From: Flaccisagitta enflata | Lineage: Eukaryota | NCBI GenBank assembly: GCA_965153355.1 | Contig: OZ231126.1 | Span: forward strand, 43,214,001-43,278,000 | Length of the DNA stretch: 64,000 nt | Direction of reading: 5' to 3' | In this document: positions 26,894 through 42,794 of the stretch, piece by piece | How positions within the stretch are numbered: position 1 is the stretch's first letter | Layout of the letters: every line of letters starts with the position of its first letter | The notes under the pieces: generated by a model | What the model saw: only the letters and a program-made list of their open reading frames with translations | Told to the model about the DNA's origin: nothing | Databases searched by the model: none | Made by a program: the position numbers and the translations under genes

Positions 26894-27314
26894 ATATTTT
26901 GAACGGCTGAGGAGCGTGAGCTGAGTAGTTCTAGACCGGGCTATTGAGCTTTGAGGGAGATCGAGAAGTCAGCCGTCTTGAATGCAGTATGTGGCCTCCC
27001 GTTTTCTAACTCGTTCCCATCACTACAATCGATATCTCAATGGTGCACATCCCTTGTCGATGTAAACCTATAAATCGCGGACACATGACTCTACACCTGC
27101 CTGCTTTGGTCGGTCGGTCGGTCGATCCATTGGTCTGTCCGTGACATTGTTAAATCTTAGTGTTTTTGTCTTTTCAGGTTTTTCAAAGGTGTGTAAGTGT
27201 GAAGTAATGTTGCAGTTTTGTTCTGTAGATTTGTAGTACTGCCCCTGCCCAACTGTCCGCGACTTATGCTCTGTGTTGGGCTTGTTGAAGGTTTAGTTGA
27301 ATCAGCTTCTAGAA

Positions 27315-28022
<708 letters not shown>

Positions 28023-28481
28023 GAGGAAAAAGCTAGAAGAGCACAGGGCAGTGAAGTTAACCAATGAATTGTGTGCATGGAGAGGAGCGGGGAAAGGAAG
28101 GGAACATCCGATGAGAAGGCTCTAGACAAGATTGACTGTTCTAAATGACTGGAAACGAAATTTGAATATGACAAAACTCTTGTCGCCGGGGCCCTTGATT
28201 GAGATGGATTTTTGCAAAAAAAAAAACGTCTTTCCGTCATTGTCCGAAATTTTGTCAACTTCTTCACACATTTTTATCATTAGACAAGCTGTAACAATGC
28301 AAAGATGAATCGACAGAATGTCAGAAATGTGTCTTTTCTATTCTTTTCTTATTTTTCTTTATGATGCCGTTGTGTTCATAATTACCGATCTTAATACAAT
28401 TAAGCTTCGATGAACGACGGCGAGGGAGTAAAAAAGCATTTCTCAAATGAAATAGTTCGAATTTAAAAAAAGAAATTACAT

Positions 28482-30974
28482 CAGGAAGAAACTACGTGCC
28501 AGTCAAAATAAATCATAATAAGTATTTCCTGTTTCTGACTCACAGTTTCCACGTATGCAATTGAGACGATCTTAACCGGCGCGGTTTTGGCCCACTTTTC
28601 CCACCAAATTATTGATGTCTTGTTCATTTCTGAGAGAAGTAAGATGGTGTTTGAAGACACCTCATACAATTTAGAAAGCCAAAAGCAAAGGCTGACAGGA
28701 AAAAATCAATTTTGACATTTTCCCATTTTCCTATCTTATCTTCCTATCTAACCATGGCAAAGAAAAAAAAGACAGTAATTTCAATATACTCCCACACACT
28801 CATTTTCTTGATCTGCCTAAAATCCTTTTAGGTAGTAATAGGAAATCAAATTACCTACTCAGCAAAAAAATCAGAACTTTAAAAAAAATAAAGATTTTGA
28901 GCCTGTAGCATCATTTTTTGTGAAAATACATCAGAAATTAAAGAAGGGGGTTGATTCCGAGCATCCGGGGGCGCCCGAGAAACCCTGACTCTCCACCATG
29001 ATAGAAGTTGCATTGCTTCTGCTGTTGAATTGCAAAAGGTTACAAAGGTTGGGTGACATACCTAGCTATCTGGTGCACCATACCAAACCAATTTTTGCCA
29101 CACCAACTGCCCCTATGGGGTCCAAAACAGGGGTAGAAGGGCCTATATTGGCCTGTCCCGATTCTGTCCCTGCAGGCAAAATGCAAGTTTAACTAATCAA
29201 AAAATGTCAAGCAGGGTCATCCCAAAGCTTTTAAGCAATCACTATCAATCCATTGATAGGTGTGGAAAGTTTGAACTCAATATTTCAACTGAAAGATGAC
29301 AAAAATAGCTTTGAAACATAGTACTCCCCCACTTCATTTTTCAGTCATTTTTTGCTAAAAATGAGGTAAGTTGACAAATTTTTTTGTTGGCCTATCATCA
29401 CTCAAACATTAAGCAATTTTTCTTTTTTAATTGCATTGACAACTAGTTGAAGGACATTTCCTCCAATTTTCAAAGATTTTTTCCATTCCATTGGTGAGAA
29501 ATCAACATTTCCTTGAAGCGTTACAATTCAGAGGTGCTCCATGTTTTAGCTGTCACACTTATGTCACACTATGATTCATACTATGTCACAGCATAGTAAT
29601 ATGCTTAACGCTAAATTTATCTATATGATGTGAAAGAGGTTGAAATTCTGTACATGCCTCTAAAATTTCATGTCTTAACTCCAATTTGATTGGTCACAGT
29701 GAAATTCCAAAGTTGATCACTACCAAAATAAGGAATGAATTGTAACGCTCGCCGACCAAGTCTCATAGTTAATTCTTTGTTTCCACACAGCACTTCTCAC
29801 AGAAATGCGCGCATGTTTTGGTTCTTTGATTTAGTAAATTTCTTAAAATTCAAATTGGCATATCTCACCAACTAATTGAGCTAGCCCAATGAAATTTTGC
29901 ATGGTTGATACCCAGATCAAGAAGGTCCTTCATCTTATTTGTCATGTGACTAAAAAAATGTCAAGTAGTCCAACAAGACCAACCAGCCTACCAGATAAAA
30001 AAATGAAAAAATGGCATAACTTCCAAAATAATTGTCTGATCTGGTTTAAATTTTGCATGAAGCTTCCTTTAAAGGTACCTTGTCACTGGCATCAAAACGA
30101 GCTTGGTGGGAAAAGTTCTCCTCCAACAGCCCGCCCAGCCAAAAATGGTGCTTATAGAGATTTTTTCAAAAAACTCAAATTTCTTGAAAAAAATCTCATA
30201 AACATGATCACACATGATTGCTTGAATGTTATCATCAAAAATTTTGCTCTCATACTGATTGCCTCATTGTATTTAGCTGAATATATTAGTAAAAAAATTG
30301 ATAATAATGTCTTTTTAAGCCTAATTTGTATATAAAATGAGCTTGAATAAGAAAATCCAAGTATGGATTCATTTACAAAAATAGGTCAGCTACATGGTGA
30401 TGTACAGTTTTGTTCAATTTTAAAACATTTAAAATTGACGAATTTCACCCTGTCTGCGCTCCCCTAAATGTGATACCAGCCAGGGAAAAAACTCCATATT
30501 TACAACTTTTAGAAAATTCATTTTGACAGCCTTTAGAAAAATTGATGCTACAGGTACAAAAATGAACTTTTTTGAGTTCTGATTTTTGAAGCTGCTCAAA
30601 AAAGTAAGCTTGCAGTTACAATTGTATGTCAAGTGAAAACCATTCGCCATTGGCGAATCCTCGTTTGACAAATTATGCAAAAATTATCGCTACAGCCACA
30701 AAAATCAACTTTTTTGTGTTCTGATTTTTTTGCTTAATCACAAATTTGTCATACTACTACCACCTAAAAAGATTTGAAGTTATTCCAGAAAATGGGCTTG
30801 TAGCGCCACTCTGAAAATCACTGTCTTTTTTATTTTTGCCATAGTTATAATCAGATTTTGTTGCAAAATTTTCTTCACTGTTCAAGCTTTTAAGCCCCTG
30901 CAGCGGTCTCAATAAGGATTGATGCTTGACAAGACAAAATTTCACGGCCAGACTGGTACAGATACTTCGCCTTG
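28482..30974. mobile_element. Probable degraded DNA-transposon-derived segment (~2.5 kb, microsatellite-free); boundaries uncertain
   Basis: Imperfect inverted repeat ~28820-28925 versus ~30680-30780, with a second copy at ~30540-30595. Weak terminal similarity (GTGCCAGTC / GACTGGTAC). No TSD found. Confidence 0.35.
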
Positions 30975-31103
30975 TGTTATTTGTCCTCTGGGGGATCATA
31001 GGGAAATTGTTACGTCATCTATGATTCCCCAATACCTTGCGACGGCATCGCAACCGCAATTCTGATCAGATTCGGTGTCCTTGTGTTTTCTAAATTACCA
31101 TTA

Positions 31104-31336
31104 TTTCTATTCGCGTGCTACGCGACTCAACAGTACAGAGTGTGACCCCGGTGTGACCCCGGCGTTACCCCGCTTTGTCGCTCCGTCGGACCATCCGTCG
31201 ATCCGTCGGTCCGTCACACTTTACTTTTTTTTTGCGGTCTTTGGCCTCACTGCTCCTGCCCAAATGATCAAGTGACCTCAAATACAGCCCCTGCCCACCC
31301 GCACGCGACTGGGAAAGCCATGTATCCGGCCTTGTT
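31104..31336 (+). mobile_element. HINE-like family A element
   Basis: TCGCGTGCTACGCGACTC head; CTGCTCCTGCCCAAATG...CCCTGCCCACCCGCACGCGACT...TGTATCCGGCCTTGTT tail. Confidence 0.82.
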
Positions 31337-31525
31337 CAATCTCTCGGACATGAATCTACAAGACGATCAGTTCATCCACTCGTTGGTCTGCTCGGTCCAA
31401 TACAATGATCAATTTTGTCCATTGAAGAAGCTAGTTCGGTTTTTCACGTAGAAAGTAAAACTTCATTGCATTGCTATCTAATTGCAAGGGATTCTAGTCA
31501 ATACCTATGGGACCTTGCCATAATA

Positions 31526-32116
31526 CTATCTAGGAAATAGAAATCTTCCCACCTATGAATTCATGTCGTTTATCTACATGATCACGTATATCTGTTGATT
31601 GCAAATGGATCAATGATAGATGTAGGCTCCCCCTGACTCAATTATCACCGCCAATGGCCGGTTCAGCAATTTGTAAAGTATCAGGAGGTACTTTGGAGTG
31701 ATGGCTTCCAGCCTTTTTCCATGAAACAAATTTTTTCCTCCTTTTTATCTTTGAGTGATCATAACTTTTAAACGGCTGGACTGAATTTGTTGCGCAAAAA
31801 AGGAAAAAGATGCCCCTTGAAAAACTCTTCATTTTGGCCACCAATTTTTTGTCAATTGATCAAAAAACAACGGAGATATTTAACTTTGAATGGATAAGAC
31901 TTACTGTAAAAAATTCAAATTAAGAAATCTTCAAATGGAATGATTTCATTCAAATTAAGATAACTTCTAAACCCAATGAGATAGCAGGATGCGGTTTGCG
32001 TAGATGGCTTGCAAATTCGAAGAGCTTCATTTTAGTCACCAATTTTTTCTTAGTCAGATGATTTTCACAAGAGTTATAGACTGAAACGTGCGGGAAGATT
32101 TCTATTTCCTAGATAG
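31526..32116. mobile_element. TA-flanked MITE, 591 bp
   Basis: Perfect 25-bp TIR CTATCTAGGAAATAGAAATCTTCCC with TA on both sides. Internal direct repeat CTTCATTTTRGYCACCAATTTTTT. Confidence 0.88.
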
Positions 32117-34090
32117 TAATGTGCGCTGAAGCACATCTACGATGGATCATGTCTGTCTGTTCAATCATCCGTCCGTTGTATAAAAAACAGACCGACAATC
32201 TATCCGACGCATGTGTTGGCCTACTCAGGTTATCTTGGCCTTGTTCTTAGATACTCCTCAGTTCTTTCTTCCTTTCTTTCTAATGTTTCTTTCGTGCGCA
32301 GTGGGAATTGTGCGCAGGCGTAATTTATTTCCAACTAAATACAATTTCTCTGCCCTGAAGGGATTCTGAGGGGCGACAATTACCATGAGCCGAACTCTCG
32401 GCTTTCCCTTCGGTGTGTGAACGACCAAACCCGAGCCTCGACCGCCTCATTGAATTTCCGACGAAGAAAAAAGACCCCGCAAAACCGACTTTGTCACCGC
32501 CGTCGCCGCCGTCACCGCTGTCTTCGCTGTCACCACTCGCTCACCAATCACCAGTCATTCGCCACCGCTTAATGTTCGTCACTTACCTTCCTGGATACCG
32601 CCACTTTCTCTGTGTCACTCTCCTATTCCCACCGACTCTTTGTCCCTCACTTCCATCTTTCGCCCGATTGACCAACATCACTACTTCTCAGTTCTCACTC
32701 ACAAGCTAAAACTCACTGCTTATCGTTTTCCACGAAAAAACAGCGTCACCACATCCTAATCACCACTGACTACCGCTTATTGTCACTTACATATCACCAC
32801 TGACTCTTTGTTCAACGACACTTTCTTCCACGAATTTCATCCCCACCGCACCGATCGTCGTCACCCACCTACAATGTGTCGTCACCTACTATCTCATCCA
32901 CACTATCTCGTCACTTACCACCTCATCTACATTCTCTCTCCATGAGTAAAACGAGCCATTGTATAATGCTTAATGGTCTTATCAAGGAAGATATCTCGTT
33001 ACAACGATGGAGACTCATAAAAGAAAAAAGGCGATACAACAGACGCAAGGACGAGAAGACAGTTGGACAGAAGGAAATGGCACCGATTCTATCCTTCACT
33101 TTACTAATGTGAACAACGTTAACTCGACCTCACAAAGCCGGAAAAAGAGTTAACGGTACCATAACATTTCGAGTACGCTTGGACAGCGTCGGCATAACAT
33201 TCGTCTTCAAAAAACACCATTTTTAGATGAATCTGTGTAAGAGGGTCTGTCCGTCCGTCCGTCTGTCGCTCCGTCTGTCCGTATGTCCTTTACGCCTGTG
33301 CAAAAAACCGCGTTTCTCGGCGAGATCCTACACTGAATCAAATGATCGGCCAACGTATTTTGAAAGCCTTCTCTGTCGTTTCAACTGTCTGTTCGTCCGT
33401 CTGTCTTTCCATATATATATCACATGTTCAGCGCCAAATTCAATACACATAAAGACACAGTCCAGGCGCATCGTTGCCCGATCGGGCTTTTTCAAGTGAA
33501 AGATCAAAGACGGACCAATGCGACGGACCAAAGGACAGTGTCAATGGTCAAACATGCACGCGACCGAAGACGCTATTTAAACCTCATGCAGCGCAGTCAT
33601 CATTTCAACAGTGATGTTAGGTGCTAGGTGATTGGTTACCATCAGGGGTGGACGCGCCAGGATGACAAAAGTTGGATAAGGTGGCAATAAGAGTTTTTCT
33701 CAATCAGGAATAGATCAGAATGATCGCTCACTGTTCTAGAAAAGCATTTAAATCTGCATGGTTGAACTGCTACCTGCCGACTAGCATACGTCTAATTTGT
33801 TCCGATTTGCTGTCATGGCCCAGAATTTTTTTCTTTTTCTTTTTTTTTATGAGCGCATTTGCAAGGTGTTGCCTCGTTCGTTGACGCGGATTTAATTTGA
33901 GCTTAAATCAAATCTGCTCTTTCACTCACGTTGCAATTAGAATCACCGCTTTATCACCGGTTTAGCTAACATCAGGTGCACAACGTTGGATGAGTTATTT
34001 TTACCTGAGGCGGATGTCACACGCACATATTGCAGCACGTTTCGACGCTGCGTATATGTTTGCCTTGAGGCCATCACTACCGTTTTCGTC

Positions 34091-35114
<1,024 letters not shown>

Positions 35115-35118
<4 letters not shown>

Positions 35119-35709
35119 GGGGCAGCGGCCCCGGAGGGGCCGATGACCTATGATTCCACATAGGGCAATTTTCTCCGGTTTCCGTCCGTCCGTCCGTCCG
35201 TCCGTCCGTCCGTCCGTCCGTCCGTCCGTCCGTCCGTCCGTCCGTCCGTCCATCCGTCCGTCCGTCCGTCCGTCCCCCCCAGCCCCAAATTCAGCCTCTC
35301 AGACCCCAAGTCAGGCCTTTTCGACTCAAAATCAGACCTTTCTGACTCCAAATCAGGCTTCTCAGACCTCAAATCAGGCCTCTCAGACCCCAAATCAGGC
35401 CTCCCAGACCCCGATCAGGCTTCTCAGACCCCAAATTAGGCCTATCAGATCCAAATCAGGCCTCAGACCCCATGTCAGGCTTTTCAGACCCCAAATTAGA
35501 CCCCTCAAACCCAAAAATGGCCTTTCAGAGCCAAAATCAGGCCTCTCAGCCCTCTAAACCAGCTTCTCAAACCGGAGAAAATTGTCCTATGTGGAATCAT
35601 AGGTCATTGGCCCCTCCGGGGCCTCTGCCCCTCTCATAATCTCATCCCCACACACACTAACCTAGGGGCATCGGGTACCGCTGACCATGTAACGCTTTTG
35701 CGACTATTT
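35115..35709 (+). mobile_element. HINE-like family B element, full length, inserted within a (CTT)n tract
   Basis: ~62-bp inverted repeats (35119-35181 / 35570-35631), (CCGT)n, 21-bp array (CTCAGACCCCAAATCAGGCCT)n, tail CGGGTACCGCTGACCATGTAACGCTTTTGCGACTATT. Confidence 0.87.
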
Positions 35710-36101
35710 CTTCTTCTTCTTCTTCTTCTTCTTCTTCTTCTTCTTCTTCTTCTTCTTCTTCTTCTTCTTCTTCTTCTCCTTCTTCTTCTTCTTCTTCTTC
35801 TTCTCCTTCTTCTTCTTCTTCTCGAGGTTTGTCCTCAAAACTGTCACCCTGGCACCTTCAGCCTATCTCGAATCGAAATTCCCTCATTTGCTCCTCCGCT
35901 TTGTAACGCCTCCTTTCTTTGCCCTTTTCACTGCCTCTCTGTCTCTGTCTATCTGTATCTTTGTCTCTCTCTGTACCTCTGTCTCTCTGTCTGACTCTCT
36001 GTCTCTGTCTCTGTCTCTGTCTCTGTCTCTGTCTCTCTGTCTCTCTCTGTCTGACTCTCTGTCTCTGTCTCTGTCTCTGTCTCTGTCTCTGTCTCTCTGT
36101 C

Positions 36102-36154
<53 letters not shown>

Positions 36155-37784
36155 CAGAAACTGTGTGTGTCTCTCTCTGTCTTGCTGCTTGCTTCCTTCA
36201 TTGTTCTCTTCTTTTTTTTTTCTCCTACAGTTGAGCTTCACAAGAGTGCATGCCAAGGGAATGGGCAAAGTTATGCCTCATAAACAAACTGCCTTAGTGC
36301 CAATACAGGTCACATCAGAAATAAAAGATAATTTTGAACAATTTCCTTTCTGCCTTTTTAGTCCCGGCGCTTTAAATATAGAAGTACTTGCCCAATTGAG
36401 CTTACAATTAGAATTCCAAATCAGGATATTGTTCTTCACTATTAGGACAGCGGTCCTAATTTTTCTCTTTTCCGTTTAGGAATAAACAAATTATGAAAAA
36501 AAGATCTGATGAACCTATCTGCTAGTGAATAAGGAGGTTATCTAGGCAACGAGTGTGGGAGCTTTTCCCCAATGTTATAAAAAATGTAGCTATTTTCCTA
36601 AGGAGATCTTAAGGAAGAAGCTACGTTTTTATCAATGACTACAAAATCTCTTGGGGACTGCAAGTTCTATGCCTTGTAGGCCAGCATGTAGAAGCAGTGC
36701 TCCACTGTACGTCTTTTTCTCCTTTTTCTTTTTCCCCTTTTTCTTTTTCTCCTTTTTCCCTATACCTTTTTGTCTTTCCTTTTCTAAACGTTCGCTTTTT
36801 CTTCCCTTGCCATTGCTCGCCTCCTGAAATATATCATTCTTGATCCCTTCCTCCTCTCATTCCTTTTTCTCAACAATTTGACAAAAAGAAAAAATCTCTG
36901 GGAAAATGAATTGAATGCCTGGAAGCCCAAAAGCCGCGAAATGCCTCCGAGCTTGGAAAGGAGAGAGAGAGAGAGATTATTATTCAGCTGCTTTTGCCTG
37001 CTTTGGATTGCATGCCAAATAAATCATAACATTACGTCGTTTTACGCGCGGCTGCTGCGTGAGTGAGCATTTCCGCATCAAAAAAATGAGCAGTTGGCCG
37101 TAAAATGCATTTCCTATTTAATTTTTTTCTAAAATCAATTGTCAAGTGTCCGCGTTTGATTCCTATTTTTAGAATTCATCCACGAATCTCTGCAACTGCA
37201 AAGGGTTTGTTCGTCTGTTGGTCCCTCCGTGGTCTATTAGTCTAAAATGGTTAAGTTGAAAATGTCACTAGTTATCAGACGAGTTATTGAATGTTTCCAA
37301 TAAAGGCGGCTCTCGCCGTAGGCCGTATGGCGCGACGAATCACTGTACCTCCGGATTACTTGCTTTCCTTTAATTTTTTCGTGTTGCCTTCATGTATTTT
37401 CTTGAGGGGAGTCCGAGAGGGGGTGTGTAAGGATTTTGATGAAGCAATGGGCATAAAAAAGAATATTAGAAAAAGGAACTGCAGCAGGGGTTTTCTTTGG
37501 GATACATCCTTTTTCCCGTGATTTTCTAGTGAGGTTGGGCAGGGGCAGTGACGCAAAAACCGATTGCAAAATAAGTCATCATCATCATCATCGGCGGACG
37601 GGCAGGCAGATCATAAATGGGCGGTCGGACAGAGAGACCAACTGACACACTGAGAGATGAATGAAATGGATTGGACTTCAAACTACTGGAGAAACTCCCG
37701 GAAAAAATCCACTGAGCATGCAATTACCGACAATAATTTACGTGCTGTTAATAAGATAAAATGAATGGATTGATAATGAATCAC

Positions 37785-38027
37785 CTTAGCTTGGCAGTCA
37801 CGAAGAGCGGTCATTCGCGATGTCAATGTCATTGTCATCCTCGATGTTAATGTCTCCCGTTTCATCGGTCCGCATATTTTTTCTCGGTGTTTGATGAATG
37901 TCTCGTTGCTGCAATGTATCAATGTCGGGACTTCCTCTTTGAAGACGTCATCTTCCTCAAAATGGTCGTCGCAGTTGCAGTCGTTGTTATCTTTGTCGTC
38001 GTCGTTGTCGTCGTCGTTGTCGTCGAA

Positions 38028-38070
<43 letters not shown>

Positions 38071-38108
38071 TCGTTTTCGTTGGTTTCGTTGTTGTCAACA
38101 AGTGTCCT
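37785..38108 (-). CDS. Weak candidate exon, Asp/Asn-rich (RTLVDNNETNENDDGDGD...DCNCDDHFEEDDVFKEEVPTLIHC...DCQAK)
   Basis: 324-nt open frame between AG and AAG|GTGATT. The acceptor lacks a pyrimidine tract and part of the frame is a (GAC/GGC) simple repeat. Confidence 0.15.
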
Positions 38109-38159
38109 CTAGCCTCTATTCTGTCGGAGAGATCATTACACATTATTCATTTTCAAATC

Positions 38160-39093
<934 letters not shown>

Positions 39094-39283
39094 CATTTGT
39101 TTGTTTGTTTTTGTTTATGAACGTGTTATTTTCATCATTCCCTGTATATAAAGAGTTGACTCTGTTTGTATTCTTGTCAATGTATTATGAATTTATTTTC
39201 CAGGAGCGTTGTTGTCATAGTATGTGGCATCATCGACTCAAGCCGGTATCCCAAACAAGTCCAATTTCCTGCCTAATTACCGG

Positions 39284-39637
39284 TTTTTAGTCGCGTGCAC
39301 GCGACTCTACAACCCGCTTTGTCGGTCCGTCGGTTCGTCCGTCCGTCCGTCGGTCCATCGGTCCATCACAATTCACTTTTTTATTATACTTTAAGCTATT
39401 TCAAGTCATTCTAAGTCATTCTAAGTCATTCTAAGTCATTCTAAGTCATTCTAAGTCATTCTTTAGAAGTTATTTAAAGTCACTTAAGTCAAATAGGTAA
39501 AAGTAGTCATTTCAGTCATTTTAGGCCTTTTTAAGTCATTTAAAGTTGTCTTGAGTCATTTTAAGTCTTTTTGAGTCAATAAAAGTCATCTTAAGTTATT
39601 TATGTCTTCCACGCGACTTATAGGTGTTGGCCTTGTT
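39284..39637 (+). mobile_element. HINE-like element with 10-bp array (CTAAGTCATT)n
   Basis: TTTTTAGTCGCGTGCACGCGACTCTAC head, array at ~39405-39600, end CACGCGACTTATAGGTGTTGGCCTTGTT. Same subtype as the reversed insert at 11399-11610. Confidence 0.85.
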
Positions 39638-39641
39638 TTCC

Positions 39642-39827
39642 AACAAGGCCGTATACACGGCTACCGAAGTCGCGTGTGGGTGGGCAGGGGCAGTGATAAA
39701 AAAGGGCTTTTCAAGTGATTGGGCAGGAGCAGCAATGCAAAAACCACCTGTAAACACAAAAAAAAGCTAACGGAGACCAACCGACCAACATAGCGGTTCA
39801 TAGAGTCGCGTAGCACGCGACTAAAAA
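39642..39827 (-). mobile_element. HINE-like family A element, tail-to-tail with the previous copy
   Basis: AACAAGGCCGTATACACGGC...AGAGTCGCGTAGCACGCGACTAAAAA. Confidence 0.85.
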
Positions 39828-41489
39828 TGGAGAACATTGTTTATGAAAAGATATCCGACTTTTCAAGTGTCCTTGGTGATAAATATGCATGAAAGCGGTA
39901 TGATTCGTTCTCCACGGTTTCCACATCTCACAATAAGAATTGTTTGAAATGAGGGAAAATTTCCATTTCTTATCAAAATCTCATTTGCATATTGCGGTCC
40001 TCACTTAAAATGTCTTAATCAAGTTTTGTCCATGTGACAATGAGTAGAACTATTGTACACTTGTTTAAATATAATTCTTAGAACAGTAGGTCAAGTTGAA
40101 TGAAAATGACAAGTCCTTTTTCTGAGGATCTCATTCACGGTAAGTAAGATATCATTTAAGAAAGGATTTAGCTTATAAGAAATAAAAATTAAAAAAAAAA
40201 ACCACGCTGGCCATCTCGTCGCTTCGAAAAATTAAGAAGAAGAAGTTTGGAAGTGCCTCCTGCGATGGCACTTGAGACCTGGCTGGTCCAGCTGAAACTA
40301 GTCAACAGTAGCAGTTATTAGTCAAAGTTTACTACTTGAATTTACACCTTACTTTGTTGGTTCGTCCGTCCGTGCGTCGGATCAGCGGTCCGTCCATCAC
40401 ACTATTTTTTTGGCGTTTATGGGTTTTTTGGCTGTACTGCTCCACTGACCTAAGATATGGCCCCTGTCTACCCACACGCGACTGGGGTGGCCGTGTATCC
40501 GGCCTTGTTCTGTTGAAACATTCGTTGTACATGATATTTCTATGCCGTTATCATCCACGTTTTTTGACATCCACTCATCCTTGGGTTGAATGCTGATCAT
40601 AGTACATCATCATCGTCGTCCTAGTCATTTCCGATATCGTGGGTATATGCATCGTCGTCGTCACCGTCTTCGTCAGCGTTGTCATCGTCGTCATCGACAT
40701 TGTCATCGTCGTCGTCGACGTTGTCGCCTTCGTCGTACTCATTTTTATGATCATCGAGTGTAATCATCGACATGGATTGTTTGTTGACTTATTGTTCCAT
40801 CTTCAGTCGTCTTCTTTCTGGTCGTTGCTCGATGAAGATGATGAAGATGATGAAGATGATGAAGAGGATGAAGACGATGAAGATGATGAAGATGATGAAG
40901 ATGATGTCAATGTTAAAAATGATGATGTTGATGACTCTCCCGCCAACTGCAGTCGAGATGAATCAGTAAGATGTTCTTTGTTTCTTTCTTTGTTTTTTGT
41001 ATATTCGTTTGTTTGCTTGTTTCTTTTTTTTTTTTTCTATCTTTCTATCTGTCTTTATTTCTTTGTTTCTTTGTTTCTTTATTTCTTTGATTGTTGGTTT
41101 GTTTGTTTGTTTGTTTGTTTGTTTGTTTGTTTGTTTGTTTGTTTGTTTGTTTGTTTGTTTGTTTGTTTGTTTGTTTCTTTCTTCCTTTCTTTCTTTGTTT
41201 CTTTCTTTCTTCGTTTCTTCTTATCTTTGTTTCAAGAAGTGCAACACCTTTCTTCTTTTTTCCCTCTTCATATCCTCATTCCCCTCCTTGTTTGTCCATC
41301 CTTTCCTCTGGTCCTTGCCTCGGGGCATTTTGATGCTTTGACTCAATGACTGTTCTGAGTGTCTTCCTCAATTCTGGTCTCCTCTTCTTTGCCAAACTTT
41401 TTCTCGGGGAGTGGCCCAAAAAGGGACGCTGTTTCAGGTGGAGGCATTGAAACTTAATCGGCACGTTCGTCAATTGGTGCGTCGATCTG

Positions 41490-41642
41490 TTTTTAGTCGC
41501 AGACACGCAACTCTATAAGCCACTTTTGGCCCGTCGGTCCGTCGATACATCCGTATGTCCGTCTGTCACAAAGTCGCTTTTCGGAGTTTTCCGCCCCTGC
41601 CCACCCGTCCGCGACTAATGCTGTCATGAATATGGCCTTGTT
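41490..41642 (+). mobile_element. HINE-like family A element
   Basis: TTTTTAGTCGCAGACACGCAACTCTATAAG...CCGCCCCTGCCCACCCGTCCGCGACT...GGCCTTGTT. Confidence 0.82.
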
Positions 41643-42343
41643 GATTTACTTTTCATACAATCATTTTCTAGCAGATTTTGCAAACAGCTGCAAGCTAGCG
41701 ATGATAGAATATTTGACGTCTTTACATCAGTTTGTTTCGATTGATAGGTTCCCTCATCAATTTTTGTATTGGCGTGCAGTGGTAGTGGGGACGTCATTCT
41801 ATCGCCGCAGACAAGTTCGGAATGGGGTTCGTCTATCTCACACGTCCGCGAGGCACACACGAGATGTGAGAGTCAATTTCTTTTCCGCGTTTTTGTTGTC
41901 AGAGTTCCGCCGCGAGTGCACAACTTCATTATTCGGCGGCTCAACTTATCTCGAATCAATTAGGGCTTTGATTCTTACCACTACTGGTAGATCTGATCGC
42001 ATTTGTACAAGAAAACATTATCTAATTTGTTTCTTTTCTTCTCTTCGGTTATTATTTCTTACTCAAGCCAAAAGAATTAGTCTTACTTTAATTGCATTTG
42101 GCTATTAGAAAAGAATTGGCCTTCAAAATGATCACATAGAGTGAGAGCTCCAAAGGCTCTCATCCTTTATTAAAGTAGGGTTGAGTAGTAATGTTGTCAA
42201 ACTTTCATAAATCATACAACACTTTGCAAATCAGTTTTAAATTAAAACCATTCCTTAGGCTAGGATACTACGATTTCAGTTTTTTGCTTTACAATGTTCA
42301 GGTAGATGTTTATAAACAATCGTTTTTTCTTTCAAAAACAAGG

Positions 42344-42794
42344 TTTTTAGTCGCGGACTAGCGACTCTATAAGAGGCTTTGTCCGTCCGTCCGTCCGTCC
42401 GTCCGTCCGTCGGTTGGTTGGTTGGTTGGTCCGTGGTGATCGAGTTGAGAGAGTGCGAAAACGCGCATTTCCGCCCCTGCCCACCCGTCCGCGACTGGTA
42501 TTGGCCGTGTATCCGGCCTTGTTTTCTTTCTCGTAGTGGATTTATGGTCCTGTGCTCGAAAAACGAGGCCGGATACACGACTACCCCAGTCGCGTGCGGG
42601 TGGGCAGGGGCCATATTTGAGGTCACTGGATCATTTGGGCAGGAGCAGTGAGGCCAAAGACCGCAAAAACAAAAAAAAAGTAAAGTGTGACGGACCGACG
42701 GCCGGACGGACGGATAGACCGACGGCCTGACGGACGGACAGACCGACGGACGGACCGACAAAGCGGGGTGTAGAGTCGCGTAGCACGCGACTAA
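42344..42794. mobile_element. Two HINE-like family A elements tail-to-tail (42344-42523 +, 42562-42794 -)
   Basis: Both have the terminal palindrome, (CCGT/GGAC)n and the GGCCGTGTATCCGGCC end hairpin. Confidence 0.87.

Noticed and set aside
29889..30335. 148-aa ORF as a transposase fragment
   Set aside because: No DDE, HTH or zinc-finger motif is recognisable, and the composition is that of AT-rich non-coding DNA.
36228..36707. Strong splice acceptor at 36230, or a TA-flanked element CAGTTGAGC...GCTCCACTG
   Set aside because: No convincing donor or coding signal follows, and the TIR match is only 8/9 bp, so neither reading is supportable.
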